A stretch of 64,000 bases of DNA from Octopus vulgaris (Eukaryota), in assembly GCA_951406725.2 (NCBI GenBank), contig OX597824.1:75950001-76014000 (forward strand). Direction: 5' to 3'. The position numbers and the translations under genes were made by a program. This document shows, one piece after another, positions 13,858 through 26,300 of the stretch; the stretch's first letter is position 1; each line of letters opens with the position of its first letter. Under the pieces are notes generated by a model. It made no database searches and was not told the origin of the DNA. It was given only the letters and a program-made list of their open reading frames with translations.

Positions 13858-14707
13858 AACAACAAAGTAGTGAAAAATTGCATTCAATGTTAATATTATT
13901 TAGCAGTAACCTCATTGTGCTATTTAATTTCATTCTCCATAGGTTCCACGTAACAGCTACATATTCCACTTCTGTTGTCTTTTGTTACGCTTTGAATGTA
14001 TTTTTCTGAAAGCCAGAACCTGGAAATAGTAGTCACCTAGCAATGTGAAATGATAAACTCCGCACTAAGAAGTTACTATAATCTCTCTGAAGTGCCCCCA
14101 TTTAAAAAGGAGAAATTGTGTGTGCATGTATACACTTACATAAGTGAATGTTTACGTATGGCTGAGTGATTACCAAGCTTGCTTTGCAATCACATGGTCC
14201 CAGTGGTGACTCACTGTATGGTTACTTGTGCAAGTGTCTTTTACCACAGCCACTAGCAATGCCTTGCTAGTGAAATGTGGTCGCCGGATTCTTCACAGAT
14301 TATTATTTCAAGTTTCTTGTTGCCGATCTCTTGACAATTATGTAAATCAGAACATATCATTTCATATACATTGAGTGTACAGTAAAATTGAATAGCTTTA
14401 GTGGATGCTGCTTGGGTGACATGGAATTAACAAATGCATGGTTGAAAATGTAACTGTTTTTTTGAAGTGGGCATGCAAAATTAGGATAATTGATGGAGAG
14501 CAGTTTGTAGTTGCCATAAGCATTTACTTGTATATATGAAAGAAAATATATAGAGAAAATTGCATGCATATACCAAAAAAATCCCCCCCGAAAAGAACCT
14601 CCCCCCCAAATAACAGCACAAGGGAAATAGCTTGTGGCGATTCTCTTTAAAAAGCAGGGATGAAAAAAAAAAAGTTTTGCTAGATTTTGTTGTATTGGTG
14701 TTTGTAG

Positions 14708-14826
14708 ATTTTGCTGCTTCAATCAACTATTTGGAGAGACGGTTCTTGCATAAGAATTTTGAAGAATGTCTACAGTCAGCGATCAATTCTGAATGTTCAA
14801 AATTGTTTGGTTACCACAGGGCATAG
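14708..14826 (+). CDS. Candidate short terminal exon resembling the C-terminal half of a BEN domain
   Basis: Acceptor tttgtag|AT. The phase-1 frame reads DFAASINYLERRFLHKNFEECLQSAINSECSKLFGYHRA*, matching by eye the BEN pattern 'AI..YL...F....W..I..AINSKC'. No N-terminal BEN half was found in the window. Confidence 0.35.
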
Positions 14827-15589
14827 TGATAATGTTTTTTGTAATCATGTGGCATTACCTTATAATGCAATGCTTGTTTTCTTGTCTTCACTAGTCCTCC
14901 TCTCTGTATATATCCACACACTCTTTGTTTTGTTTTTTTTTCATATTAAACCGAAAAGTCGTAATTATTACTTTGTGTAGAACAGTTTAGAGTTTTGCAT
15001 AATTTTTTTCTCATGTAAGGCAATCAGATCTATGTTCCAAACCACAGTCTTGTTCAGTTGGCCTTTTTCTCAACTGTACACATTGGCGAATTGAGAAGAA
15101 ATCATTGTAAAATGTGATCACTACCTCTTCGTGTTATGTGATTGTTGAAGTCACTTGTTTAAGGTAACCAGTTAGTGTCTTTTTTCTTTGAAAAATATCT
15201 GACAAATGTCATTAAATTTGTTTGTTCTGTTGAGGATTGGTGTAGTAGTGTGGTGATTGATATGGGATTTCTCTATAAAACAGAGGTTACTGAAATGAGA
15301 TCTGTTCCTAAATGCTGGTGCTCCATTTACTGTTGCTCATATAATGCTGGTAGTCTCTTCTTGGTCTTTTATTTCCAAACATACTTAAAAGATACTGTAG
15401 TGTTCTCCAGATAGCAGTAATAACTTGAGCTGATGTTCTGGTGATGTTCAAGAACTCAGGGATCAGCAAACCTTTCTTCTCAGTTCTCTGTGTGCAGTTG
15501 ACCAAAATGTTGATTAAATGAAACCTCAATTTGGATACGTAACCACTGTATATCCCTGTATATACATACATACATAACTATTTTCTGCA

Positions 15590-15975
15590 TGCACTGTATT
15601 TTTCCAAAAGAAGTGTGTAGTGATGTAACTTGGGCATTGAATGTAGAGGATGTGCTAAGCTTGAAAAGAAATGTACACATGTTTTCCTTGGATGTGTAAT
15701 GTTAGTATGCATGACTGGTGGTTTACAAATGAGTTGAGAGAAAAATTAGGATTAAGTGGAATTGGTTGTAGTGCACAAGAGAGAAGACTGCACTGGTGCA
15801 GGCACGTAATGCCAATGGAAGATGACAATTGCATAAAGAAGTGTTAAGTGATTCAAGAAAAAAGTTCATGGAAAATATGGGAAGAACTGAAGGCTTATTT
15901 CAGAATTGTGGACCTTACGAAGGAGATGATGATGGACTACAACAAGTAGTAAGAAGTTGTGCTAGAGAAGGGCCG
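15590..15975 (+). mobile_element. Degenerate RTE-clade LINE 3' fragment
   Basis: Similar to 20640-21070, for example ttggatgtgtaat and caagagagaagactgcactgg. Confidence 0.6.
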
Positions 15976-16257
15976 TCTTACTCATGGAAGCATGGAGAAA
16001 ACTGAATTAAAAATGGTGATATTAATATGTACTCAAGATTGAATGGATCTTTCTATTTGACTATTTGAACTACATAAAGGACTAATTAAATGGTTTAAAG
16101 TGTGGCACTAATTAAAAATCTTATCGAGGTTCCAATAATTGACATGAACTATCAATCTTTTACCATCATTTTGCATGATTCTTTTGTGAGCATTAGTTAG
16201 GATGTGGTTGTTTGTTGAATTAATTTTTGTAATTTTATTGGTGTTGTTTTTAATTTT

Positions 16258-16329
<72 letters not shown>

Positions 16330-16822
16330 CTCTGTTTATTATTCATTGACTGTTACAAAAGATTTTGACATGATCTATGAAATATAGTCATGGGAATGGA
16401 CATTCTGAGCCACGACTGTTCCCTTAGGAATTAACTGTCCCTTTGATAAAGGAAGAGAGAATATGGTTTGCCATTATCTCAAAGCATACTTTATTGAGCA
16501 TTATTTTCTGGTAACTTAGTGGAGTTATTTCTGGGAAAATAATGTTTGAATATTTGGCCGCGATTTGAAACAAAACCACACACACACTCATGCACACGCA
16601 CATTAAATATTAGTCAACATAGTGATATTGTTGAAAGGGAATTCAGTTTGTAATTATGTTGGTCATGCAGGTGAAGCGCTTACATTGAATATCGATTCAC
16701 TATTTTGGTAACATTAGGAGGTTTTCCAAGTTTTGCAATTGGAATATTCTAATTAATCTAATTTTGTTCTATTTAAACAGTTCCTTGTAATCTACCTTAG
16801 TTCTAACCATCATTCTCCTTAA

Positions 16823-17046
16823 CCCCTTAGCATTTAAACTGGTCATACCCAGCCCAAATACTCTACCGGTTTTATATTCAAATCAACCAGAGTTAGCCTC
16901 TCCTACTTATCCTATGATATCATTCTAAAAATAAACAGTTGCATCATCAAAAATCTTGGAACCTTTGAGATAAATGCATGAGTAATTCAAAACGATGTGA
17001 ATAAATATGCATTATATTTGATGAAATAATCTGAATGCTAAAGGCT
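16823..17046. mobile_element. piggyBac-like MITE family copy (about 220 bp)
   Basis: TTAA|CCCCTTAGCATT...AATGCTAAAGG. Related copies at about 1697-1919, 22936-23148 and 24508-24718. Confidence 0.75.
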
Positions 17047-17112
17047 TTCAATGTCAAAAAATTATTTTATATAAATTGTTTTTAGAGCGTCCTCTATTTT
17101 TTTTTCTTTTTG

Positions 17113-17528
17113 AATCTCTCTTTTACTCTTTTACTTGTTTCAGTCATTTGACTGCGGCCACGCTGGAGCACTGCCTTTAGTCGAGCAAATCGACCCCGGG
17201 ACTTATTCTTTGTAAGCCCAGTACTTATTCTTTTGGTCTCTTTTGCCGAACCGCTAAGTGACGGGGACGTAAACACACCAGCATCAGTTGTCAAGCAATG
17301 CTAGGGAGACAAACACAAACACAGACACACAAACACATACACACACATACATATATACATATCTACGACAGGCTTCTTTCAGTTTCCATCTACCAAATCC
17401 GTTCACAAGGCATTGGTCAGCCCGGGGCTATAGCAGAAAACACTTGCCCAAGATGCCACGCAGTGGGACTGAACCCGCAACCATGTGGTTGGTTAGCAAG
17501 CTACTTACCACACAACCACTCCTGCGCC
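17113..17528 (-). mobile_element. SINE family A
   Basis: Near-identical to 3196-3613. Confidence 0.9.
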
Positions 17529-18025
17529 TATGTTCAAAATACTCTCATTTCAAAATTCTCTCATTTCCTCTCATTACTATATAGATAATCTTTCATTCAT
17601 TGTTTTTATTTCATACTCTACTACTACACACTCATTAGTCATCCCTTCTCACTTCATTTAATTCGATTTTAAGATTTTTAACCCATTGCTCTCAAATTAA
17701 GTTTCATCTTCATCAGCCCCGTGTAATCTAATGTTTTTCTGCGTTAGTATATTGATTGGCTTTTGTGTAGAAAGTAATGCAATTATTTAAACTTTGTAAA
17801 TGTATTTATGGCCTGCTTAATACTTATGAACATCATTACCGCTGCCTTGGAAACGTGATTTAGCTTCTAGCCGTGTGTGTGTGGATTTAGCTTGAATGGT
17901 TTCAATTTTGTTCTGATTGCGATAAAATATTTTTTTATACCAGAAAAAAAAAAATAACAGGCCTCATCTGTTTGCTGCTGTCCACAATTGCTGCCTTCCA
18001 AATTTTAAATAAATATTATATATAG

Positions 18026-18085
<60 letters not shown>

Positions 18086-18692
18086 TATACATACATATAC
18101 ACAAAGCCTTTGACTTGTTGCCATCTAAGGGTTTTTTTGCCCAATATTCTCACTTATTATTTGTAGTTTTATCAACTTCAACTTCCTCTGTAATATCTTG
18201 GCCAGCCCCATATCAAACTGTCCAACCCATGCCAGCATGGAGAATGGACATTAACTGATGATGATTATTATGATAATGATGATGATATATCAGTTCATCA
18301 GTGTTTTTGTTTTTGCAAGTTTCAGATTGTTCAAAGTAAATAATAAAGAAAACTGAATACACTTCATGTTATGATATTTTAATTTAGAAAGGAAAGTTTG
18401 TGAAAATGTCAGTTTGTGTGGTGATGATTTCTTTGGTGCTAGTTTGACTTGCTTTCATGTCTATCAACAGAGAAAAGCTCAGGCTTTTTTTTGCTTTTCC
18501 CCCTCACCCATATCAATTGTAGAAGTTTAAAGTTAAGAGACAGAGCTCTTTCTGCGTGGCCTAGATAAATTTCAGCAACAGGTTCTTAGCGATAGTTTGT
18601 TTCTGTCTATACGTATGGTCAGTTTCCTTGATCTTTTCTGACATATTTGTGTCAATCAAAAGAATCTTTTTACCCATTTAGCTGTCTTTCTT

Positions 18693-18723
<31 letters not shown>

Positions 18724-18896
18724 TGTTAATCCCAGTGCAGTTAATCTGGTAGAGAGCTGTTGGTTTGCCATTCAAGCTGCCTCATTCTTTATTTTAAATG
18801 TTAAATGATATTTGTCTGTACTTCTTCATTCAGTTTAGTTTTCCTTCCACCTGTTGCTGTATTTCGATCCGAATTTTTTTTTCTTCTCAATATCAG

Positions 18897-19926
18897 GTCC
18901 AAAGCCGATCGACGGAAGTTAAAAAAATACAGTGAGGATATACCTTCATGGTTGTCGACAGATTTCAAGAGTAACTTTCGGATGTCGTCTGTGACGTTTT
19001 GGAAAGTGTTCAGCTACCTGCGTACGTGTCCTGAAGCAATTGAGATGGCACGAGGGAGCCAACCAGAGACCTTGGAAAAAAGTTTGTTATCTGTTCTATG
19101 GTATATGGGTTCCCAAGATACTTTGTCAGAAATCTGTCAACGTTTTTCAATCAGTGAAGAGTCTTTCCTTAATCGCCGTAGTAAAATAGTGAAAGCTCTT
19201 CTTTCTAAGTCAAAAGAGAATCTCATACGATGGCCTGAGAAAGATGCTGACAAGCAGATTATAGCACAAGAATTTGAGACTCTGAGTAATTTAAAGAATG
19301 TTATTGGTGTTTTGGACACTACACACATTCAGGTGAAAGCTTTAGACAATGATAGGGAGAAGTTTTACAATAAAAACGGGTACTACTCGGTGAAGTTAAT
19401 TGCTGCCTGCCAGCGGGATATGAGGTTTATATTCTGTTCAACTGGACACGCTGGTCGTCTCCATGACTTTCAAACTCTCATTGATAGCCACCTTCTGGAG
19501 CGTGGTGCACACTTGTGCAACTCGCACCATTTGGTTGGTGACGCTGCCTTCCCTCTGTTCGATTGGTTGATCACACCTTACACCTCTGAGTCGAAAACAG
19601 ACGCTCAACAGTATTACAACAGTTGCTTGATGACTGTCCAGAAAGTCATTACGCGCGCCTTCGGCTTGCTACACGGACGGTTCCGCCGACTGAAGGTCAT
19701 TGAGTCTACGAATCTCAGCACCATTGTGGATATAATTCACTTAGCGTGTGTTCTACATAACTTCTGTATTGGCTGTGATGACATCGGTGAAGAGTACATG
19801 GTATACGAAGTAGAAGACGAAGGGGATGATTCCCTACCGGTGACCAACTTGCCCCCACTCCCCGACAGTGTCAAGATTAAGAGAGACATTATTTGCCGGA
19901 ATCTTTCTATTGGAAGACACCGTTAA
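18897..19926 (+). CDS. HARBI1: Terminal coding exon encoding a PIF/Harbinger transposase-derived (HARBI1/ALP1-family, DDE_Tnp_4) protein; probably domesticated and catalytically altered
   Basis: Uninterrupted frame of about 343 codons with Harbinger motifs: DFKSNFRMS..TF, HTH region (LLSVLWYMGSQ..LSEICQRFSIS), IRWP, IGVLDTTHI (D at 19315), FYNKNGYYS, GRLHD, LVGDAAFPL..WLITPY (D at 19540), YN..ITRAFGLLHGRFRRL, ACVLHNFCI, acidic tail, KRDII. Preceded by a polypyrimidine tract and acceptor (tttttttttcttctcaatatcag|G, phase 2). The symbol is a family-level label; orthology to vertebrate HARBI1 is not established. Confidence 0.9.
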
Positions 19927-20169
19927 TTATTGGTGTTGGGCTATGGCAGCATTTTAAAGACATTTGCATATATGTATGTGTGTGTATGTGTCTGGGTGTG
20001 GGTATAATATATATATGTGTATATAGATGTGTATGTTTAAGTGATTTTTCTGTGTGTATGTTTATTATTTATGTCTATATATTTTAGTTGACTTTTACAG
20101 GGTAGAGGAGATGCTTTGGCTAGGAATAATTTCAGGCATATCAAATTAGCGGAACAGATCAAAACAAAG

Positions 20170-21075
20170 AGTTATAGCTCAATTAAGAATGGAATTAGAT
20201 TAGATGAGCTACAGTTTGGTTTTGTGCCAGGGAGAGGTACCACTGATGCCATCTTTTTAGTAAGACAATTACAAGTGAATTATTTAAGTAAGCCACTAAA
20301 TTTGGCATTCATCCACTTGGAGAAACCTTTTGACAGAACCCTTCGTTCTGTGATCTGGTGCTCTCTGAGGAAGCTAGCTTGTGAGAGCCATACATGCCCT
20401 GCACTGGCATGTATATATTGGGGGTGCTGTTAGTAAGGTGAGATTTAGCATTGAGTACAGTGATATTCAATGAATCTGGAGTAGAAATAGAAAAGAAATT
20501 CTAGGTGTAGAAGCAAAATCTGGAATCAAAGGGCCTTAAGATTAACTTATCAAAAACCAAAGTTCTAGTTGCTAGGAAGATAAGTAGGACCCTATTCCCT
20601 CTCTTGGTAACAAAAGGTCTCTTTCAGAATAAAAGGAAGATTGTATGATGCCTGTGGGCAGCAGTGGTTGCTCCATGATAGTGAGATGTGGGCCCTGAAT
20701 GCAGAAGGTATGTGAAGTCTAGAGAAGAATGAAGCTAATATTACTCTGTTGGATGTGTAATATCTGTGTGCATGTATAACAAAGTGCAAATGTGTTGAGG
20801 GGGGAAAAAAAGGCATGAAAGGAGTTAGGTGTAACATACAAGAGAGAAAACTGCACTGGGTTGGCTGTGCGATGTGAATGGATGAGGACAGCTATATAAA
20901 GAAGTGCTGATCAGAACCTAAGTGATCAGCACTTAAAATGGATGTAACTTATGGAAGAGGGAGACCCTGAAAGACATTAGCTAAATAGTGAAGGTTTAGC
21001 TCAGGATGTTGAGCTTCATGTAGGAAATGACAAAAGGATGAAGATGATTGGCAATTCTCTGTGCTTGGGAAGACC
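20170..21075 (+). mobile_element. Degenerate RTE-clade LINE fragment (RT region to 3' end, internally deleted)
   Basis: LDELQFGFVPGRGTTDAIFLVRQLQ..AFIHLEKPFDR motif, followed by decayed RTE C-terminal motifs (GSEMW-like, LHW.G, GRGRP). Confidence 0.8.
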
Positions 21076-21637
21076 CTTTCGTCGCGTTGAAAGTCAGGTT
21101 ATAAAAGCATTATCCCAGTACCTATACATGCTGGGTCCTGCCCCTGCTTGTAGTCTTCCTCCATGAAGCATTCTTCACATCTCTTCTTCTTTTGGTACTC
21201 AGCAGCTGTAATCATTTGAGAGCCAACATTTGCCCCCTTTACACCTGAAACCACTTGCTATTAGTATCTGTTCCTTATTCTCATTAACATCCTCCCCCAC
21301 GCTATTTTCCACCATTCATCCCCTTTCTGTGCCTTTTGTTAACTCTACCTCTTCTCTGAGCTGCATCTTGGGCCTGCCATACCCCATCTTTTACACTTCT
21401 CATTTCTACTATCTTTCTCAGCACCCTCTTGTTATCTGTCACCAATGCCCCTCCCCCACTGTCACCCAGTTCACTGCAGCTACTCTCATGTACATCCGAC
21501 CACTACCTCTGTCACTGTACCCACCCTCTACACACTCTGTACATCATATCACTACTTTCTGAGGCTGTCACAAGTCCCCTCGTCCTCCTTGAGCCGCTTA
21601 TATCTCTCTCACCTTATCTCTGTATCATCAACCACAC

Positions 21638-21857
21638 CTTCACCCTTATTCATTACTCACTACATTCACCTTTATTCATTACTCACTACATTCACCTTTA
21701 TTCATTACTCACTACATTCACCTTTATTCATTACTCACTACATTCACCCTTATTCATTACTCATTACATTCACCCTTATTCATTACTCACTACATTCACC
21801 CTTATTCATTACTCACTACATTCACCCTTATTCATTACTCACTACATTCACCCTTAC
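21638..21857. repeat. 26-bp minisatellite (about 8 copies)
   Basis: Unit cattcacc(c/t)ttattcattactcacta. Confidence 0.9.
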
Positions 21858-22935
21858 CTTCGTCTCTATCATCCATTACTTTTCTCTCTCACTCTTATGA
21901 AATCGCCCATTCTTTCCTTCACCCCTATTCTGTCTGTATTCTCCTTTATATTCATCTTATACCTTGAAAGTATATCCTGACACCCTTTCATTACCATCTT
22001 TATCTTCTTTCCAGTTAGTTCCACCCACCTTCGTATCATGCAGGGTAGCCATATATCTCATCCGTAGCAAAACTTGTGCTTGTCCCTCTATCATACTTTT
22101 AGCCTTTCAACAGCTGGCACAAAACCACTCCCTTTCTCTCAAATAGGACTCCTACTCTGTAGGGTGTGGGTTGGGGTTCTTCTATTCTAGTTACTTGTAA
22201 GTTCCTTGGTAATTTCCCCAGTGCTGGTGTTGTTGGAAAAGCACCGAGTGCACCCTGTAAAATGGTTGGCATTAGAAAGGGCATCTGTCTGTAGGAACCA
22301 TGCTAAAGCTGATATTGGAGCTCAATGCAGTGTTGAAGCTCGTTAGATCCTGTCAAACCGTCCATCCCATGCTAGCATGGAAAAGGGACGTTAATTGGTG
22401 ATGGTGATATAAATATATAAACATAAATATACACACACATACACACACATACAAGGCATACATGCAAATATACATATATATTTATGTATATAGATATATA
22501 GGGTATCTAGTGTATATATGTATGTGTATGTATAAAATCTGAATAAATGACGGTAAACTAATCTGTACAATATTAGTATACTAAAAATAAAGAAGAAAAT
22601 AAATGAATAAAATTTGGTAATTAGTTTTTTTTCTTTTCATATGCTATTTTCTTATAGTATTTTTTCCACTACATTTGTCCATTTTTTTCCACCATTGTTT
22701 TGTTCCTTTGTTGTTTCTATTTGTATGTTCAAATGGCGGTGCCCCAGCATGGCCACAGCTCATGAGCTGAAACCAGATAAAATAAAATTTAAAAAAAAAT
22801 AGTTTAAAGAAAAGAAAACGAAAGCATTTACATTCTGGGTCCCTTTAGGGTGCTGTTTAAAATCCTGTCTTTGCATATTTTATTTTGATTTATCAGGTTG
22901 ATGCGGAAATAACTATAGTTTTTAACAGTCAACTC

Positions 22936-23148
22936 TAACCCTTCAGCATTTAAAACTGGCCATATCTGGCTCAAATATTCTAAATGTTTGGTGTTCAAAG
23001 TGGCCAGATCCAATCAGCTTTTCACACCTACCCTACAATGTCATTCTAAAAATAAACAATATAAATCATCAAAAGTTCAATGCTTTGAGATAATGCATGT
23101 TTAATTCAAAACAATTTGTGAGAGTAATTTTAGTGGTAAAGGATTAAA
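22936..23148. mobile_element. piggyBac-like MITE family copy
   Basis: taaCCCTTCAGCATT...GTAAAGGA|TTAA with the same internal core. Confidence 0.7.
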
Positions 23149-23189
23149 GCAATATATCTTTGTTGAAAATATCTTTTATTAAAAAAATA

Positions 23190-23615
23190 GCATCTTTTTG
23201 GTTTGAACGGCAGTTTTTTCTTGCAGTGTCTTATGAAATTGTCACCCATAATTATGACCCTAGTATCGATCTATTGCATTTCAATCTGGTTAGAGTTAGG
23301 GTTAGTTTGGGGGTGGAGGGAAGGGTATCTTTTTTCTTCAGAAATATAAATAAACCCAATTTGTTTCTTAAACGAGGGACATATTCATACAGCACAGAAT
23401 GTTTTCACCTCAATAGATGTCATTGATTGGTTGAAATTGCAGAAATTGAAAAAACAACAACAAAACAACAAATATCTTACAAACTATAGAATTTTCTCAA
23501 TAAAGCCAAGAGAAAAAGATGTTTTATAAACACATTCTACTAGTATACGAAGTTTAAAAGTGTTTAGTTACGTGGAAATTATTTTTAAAAACTGCCGTTC
23601 AAACAGAAAAGATCC
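23190..23615. mobile_element. Related MITE with 8-bp TSD
   Basis: Ends G(C/G)ATCTTTT.GTTTGAACGGCAGTTTTT / AAAAACTGCCGTTCAAACAGAAAAGATCC. TSD AAAAAATA on both sides. Shares subterminal sequence with 11493-12236 and has internal GGGTTA repeats. Confidence 0.85.
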
Positions 23616-24000
23616 AAAAAATATAAAAACCATAGAAACTTATACAGTTCTGGAATTGATGTTTTAAAAGGCAGCTTTTAGCTGTTGCTGCTGCTTAGAT
23701 GTTTATGATTTTTTGCAAGAAGTTATGTAGATGTTTGAAAAAAAGGATAATCAGTCTGAGAATGTGGTCTGGAGAATAAGCTGGGCGAGGAAGGTTTTTG
23801 CAGAATCCTTTGTGAAATACATGGTTGCATGTTGTTATGGTAAAATTGGTCCTTATGGGATTGATCTCCTGCTGGATGTAAGAGTTGCAGCTCTTGGTGC
23901 ATTTTAGCAATTACTTAGCAGTACATTTCTTCTTTGATCCCTCTGCCAGGTTTCAAGAGACAGTAATTTATAATACCACTTACTGACCACCAAACTGATT

Positions 24001-24308
24001 GTGGAGGCACATGGCCTAGTGGTTAAAGCAGTGGACTCGCGGTCGAGGGATCGCAGGTTCGAATCTCAGACCGGGCAAGGTGTGTGTTTATGAATGAAAC
24101 ACCTAAGCTCTACGCGGCTCCGGTAGAAGGTAATGGCGAACTTCTGCTGACTCTTTCGCCACAACTTTCTTTCCCTCTTTCCTCCTGCATCTTGCAGCTC
24201 ACCTGCGACGGACTGGCGTCCCGTCCAGGTGGGGTACCTATACACCAAGGAAACCGGGAAACCGGCCCTTATAAGCCAGGGATGGCTTGAGAAGGAATAA
24301 ACAACAAC
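24001..24308 (+). mobile_element. tRNA-derived V-domain SINE
   Basis: A box TGGCCTAGTGG, B box GGTTCGAATC, V-domain-like CTGCGACGGACTGGCGTCCCGTCCAGG, (CAA)n tail. Flanked by a caccaaactgatt / cacaaactgatt duplication. Confidence 0.85.
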
Positions 24309-24507
24309 ACAAACTGATTATGACTTTGTAGCAACTTTGATTTGCAAAAGTTCCTTGGTGCTAAATTTCAGTTGAACCTACAGTAAAGGGCACTGTCAGT
24401 TGTTTTAAAGATTCCATGCTTTTCAATGGACTGTTACTTGTCCTGCAAAGGAAGTGCAGAACAGACTTTACAGCAGTGAATTTTTTTTTTGCTTTTAAAT
24501 CCTTTTT

Positions 24508-24718
24508 GAACCCATTAGCATTTAAACTAGCTGTAACCGGCCTGAATAACCAACCAGATCCAGCTTATCACACCTACCCTTCAATGCCATTCTAAAAATA
24601 TACAATCACATCATCAAAATTTCAAAGCTGTGAGATAATGCATGATAAGTTAAAAAAAACTATGTGAATGAAAAAAACATTACATTTGACAAAATAATCT
24701 GAATGCTTAAAGGTTTAT
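24508..24718. mobile_element. piggyBac-like MITE family copy
   Basis: aaCCCATTAGCATT...AATGCTTAAAGGTT with the same internal core. Confidence 0.7.
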
Positions 24719-24911
24719 CTTTCGATGAATTTTAAAATTAACGACATATAGTAAAATAATTTTATTATTAAGCTGATGTTTGGAACAAATTAGCATGAAA
24801 ATAATTTGTTTTTTTTTCATAATTAAGTTTTAATTTTGATCACTTTATAACAGGAAGTCTGTGCAATAGAACCAAAAATGATCTGACAGTTTGGTATCAA
24901 AAGGGGTAAAC

Positions 24912-25360
24912 CTACATTAAGCTCATGTGACATACATTCAGCCTCATGTAACATACAAGCCCATGTGATATACATTCAGCTCATGTGACATACATTCAGC
25001 TCATGTGGCATACATTCAGCCTCATGTGACATACATTCAGCTCATGTGACATACATTCAGCTCATGTGGCATACATTCAGCTCATGTCACACATCTCATG
25101 TGGCATTCGGCCTCATGTGACATACATTCAGCCTCATGTTACATGCATTCATCTCATGTAGCATACATTCAGCCTCATGTGGCATACATTCAGCTCATGT
25201 GGCATACATTCAGCCTCATGTGACATACATTCAGCTCATGTGGCATACATTCAACCTCATGTGACATACATTCAACCTCATGTGACATACATTCAGCCTC
25301 ATGTGGAATACATTCATCTCATGTGGCATACATTCAGCCTCATGTGACATACATTCAGCC
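24912..25360. repeat. 19/20-bp minisatellite (more than 20 copies)
   Basis: Unit cagc(c)tcatgtg(a/g)catacatt. Confidence 0.92.
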
Positions 25361-26300
25361 AAGCTTTTTTGACTTCCTAAAATGGTACAAATGTCAAACA
25401 CCTGTTGAATTGTTGATGTTAGTTCTACAAAATTCCCTGGTTTATTTGTGTGGGGCCCACTCGCTACAAAAGCGATCCTCAATTGAATGTTGCCAGTCAC
25501 TGAAAGCTGTCTCTATGACCCGCCTCATTTTTAAGGTACCCTTTCTCCACTGCAAAGTTTTAGGGATCAGTGTTGAACTGTATGTTTGTTGACAGTAAAT
25601 GCTTTGACCAAATGCTTGGTTGATGTTGTTGTGTGCAGTTTTTCATGTCTTATGTTCCATTTTATTTGAATTCACAAAACACATTTGCTAGAATTGTCCC
25701 CCCCCTCTCCCCCATTTCATCTTGTACTCCTTTAATTTGTCGGTCTCAAAATTAGCAGTAATAAAAGGTGAAAGCAAAAATCATTAACACAAATCAATAA
25801 ACTGAAATCTGCACTCCCAAATGGTATTTTAATATTTGCGTGAATTAAATTAAACCAAATGTCTGTTCCATAAGAAGAAAACCAATTTTGAAAATAACAA
25901 AAAGAAACCCACAATTATTTCTGCACTAACCATGTAAGCTGTTCTTTTAATCAGCCAATAATATTAGAATAATAACAGTAATAATAATAATAAAAATACA
26001 CGGATTAACTTTGTTTATTGCACAATATTTCAGCAGAACACCTGTTTTCCTTAGATTCAGTATAAGATGGGAATAATGAAAAGGTTAAAAAAAAACAAAA
26101 CAAAACAAAAAATAAAACAAAGCATAAAAAACAAAAAAAAAAACCCCAACAACATTAACTTGTAGATTTATCTAGATCATTCTATGTTCCTTCATCAGCA
26201 TTCTTTTAACATACACCAGATGCTATGCAGTCAAAACAACCATCATCAAGTTTCATTTATTTGTTACTAATTAAAGCAAAATAAAAAAAAAAATCCCATA

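Noticed and set aside
18805-18896. N-terminal 31 aa (MIFVCTSSFSLVFLPP...) of the 373-aa ORF as a real start
   Set aside because: It is the translated polypyrimidine tract (F/L/S-rich). Family similarity begins only after the acceptor at 18896.
24001-24075. tRNA-like sequence (also 44472-44545)
   Set aside because: No proper acceptor stem or terminator, and it continues into a SINE body. These are retroposon heads, not tRNA genes.
24912-25360. CRISPR-like regular repeats (also 21638-21857)
   Set aside because: Units are contiguous with no unique spacers, the context is eukaryotic, and there are no cas genes.
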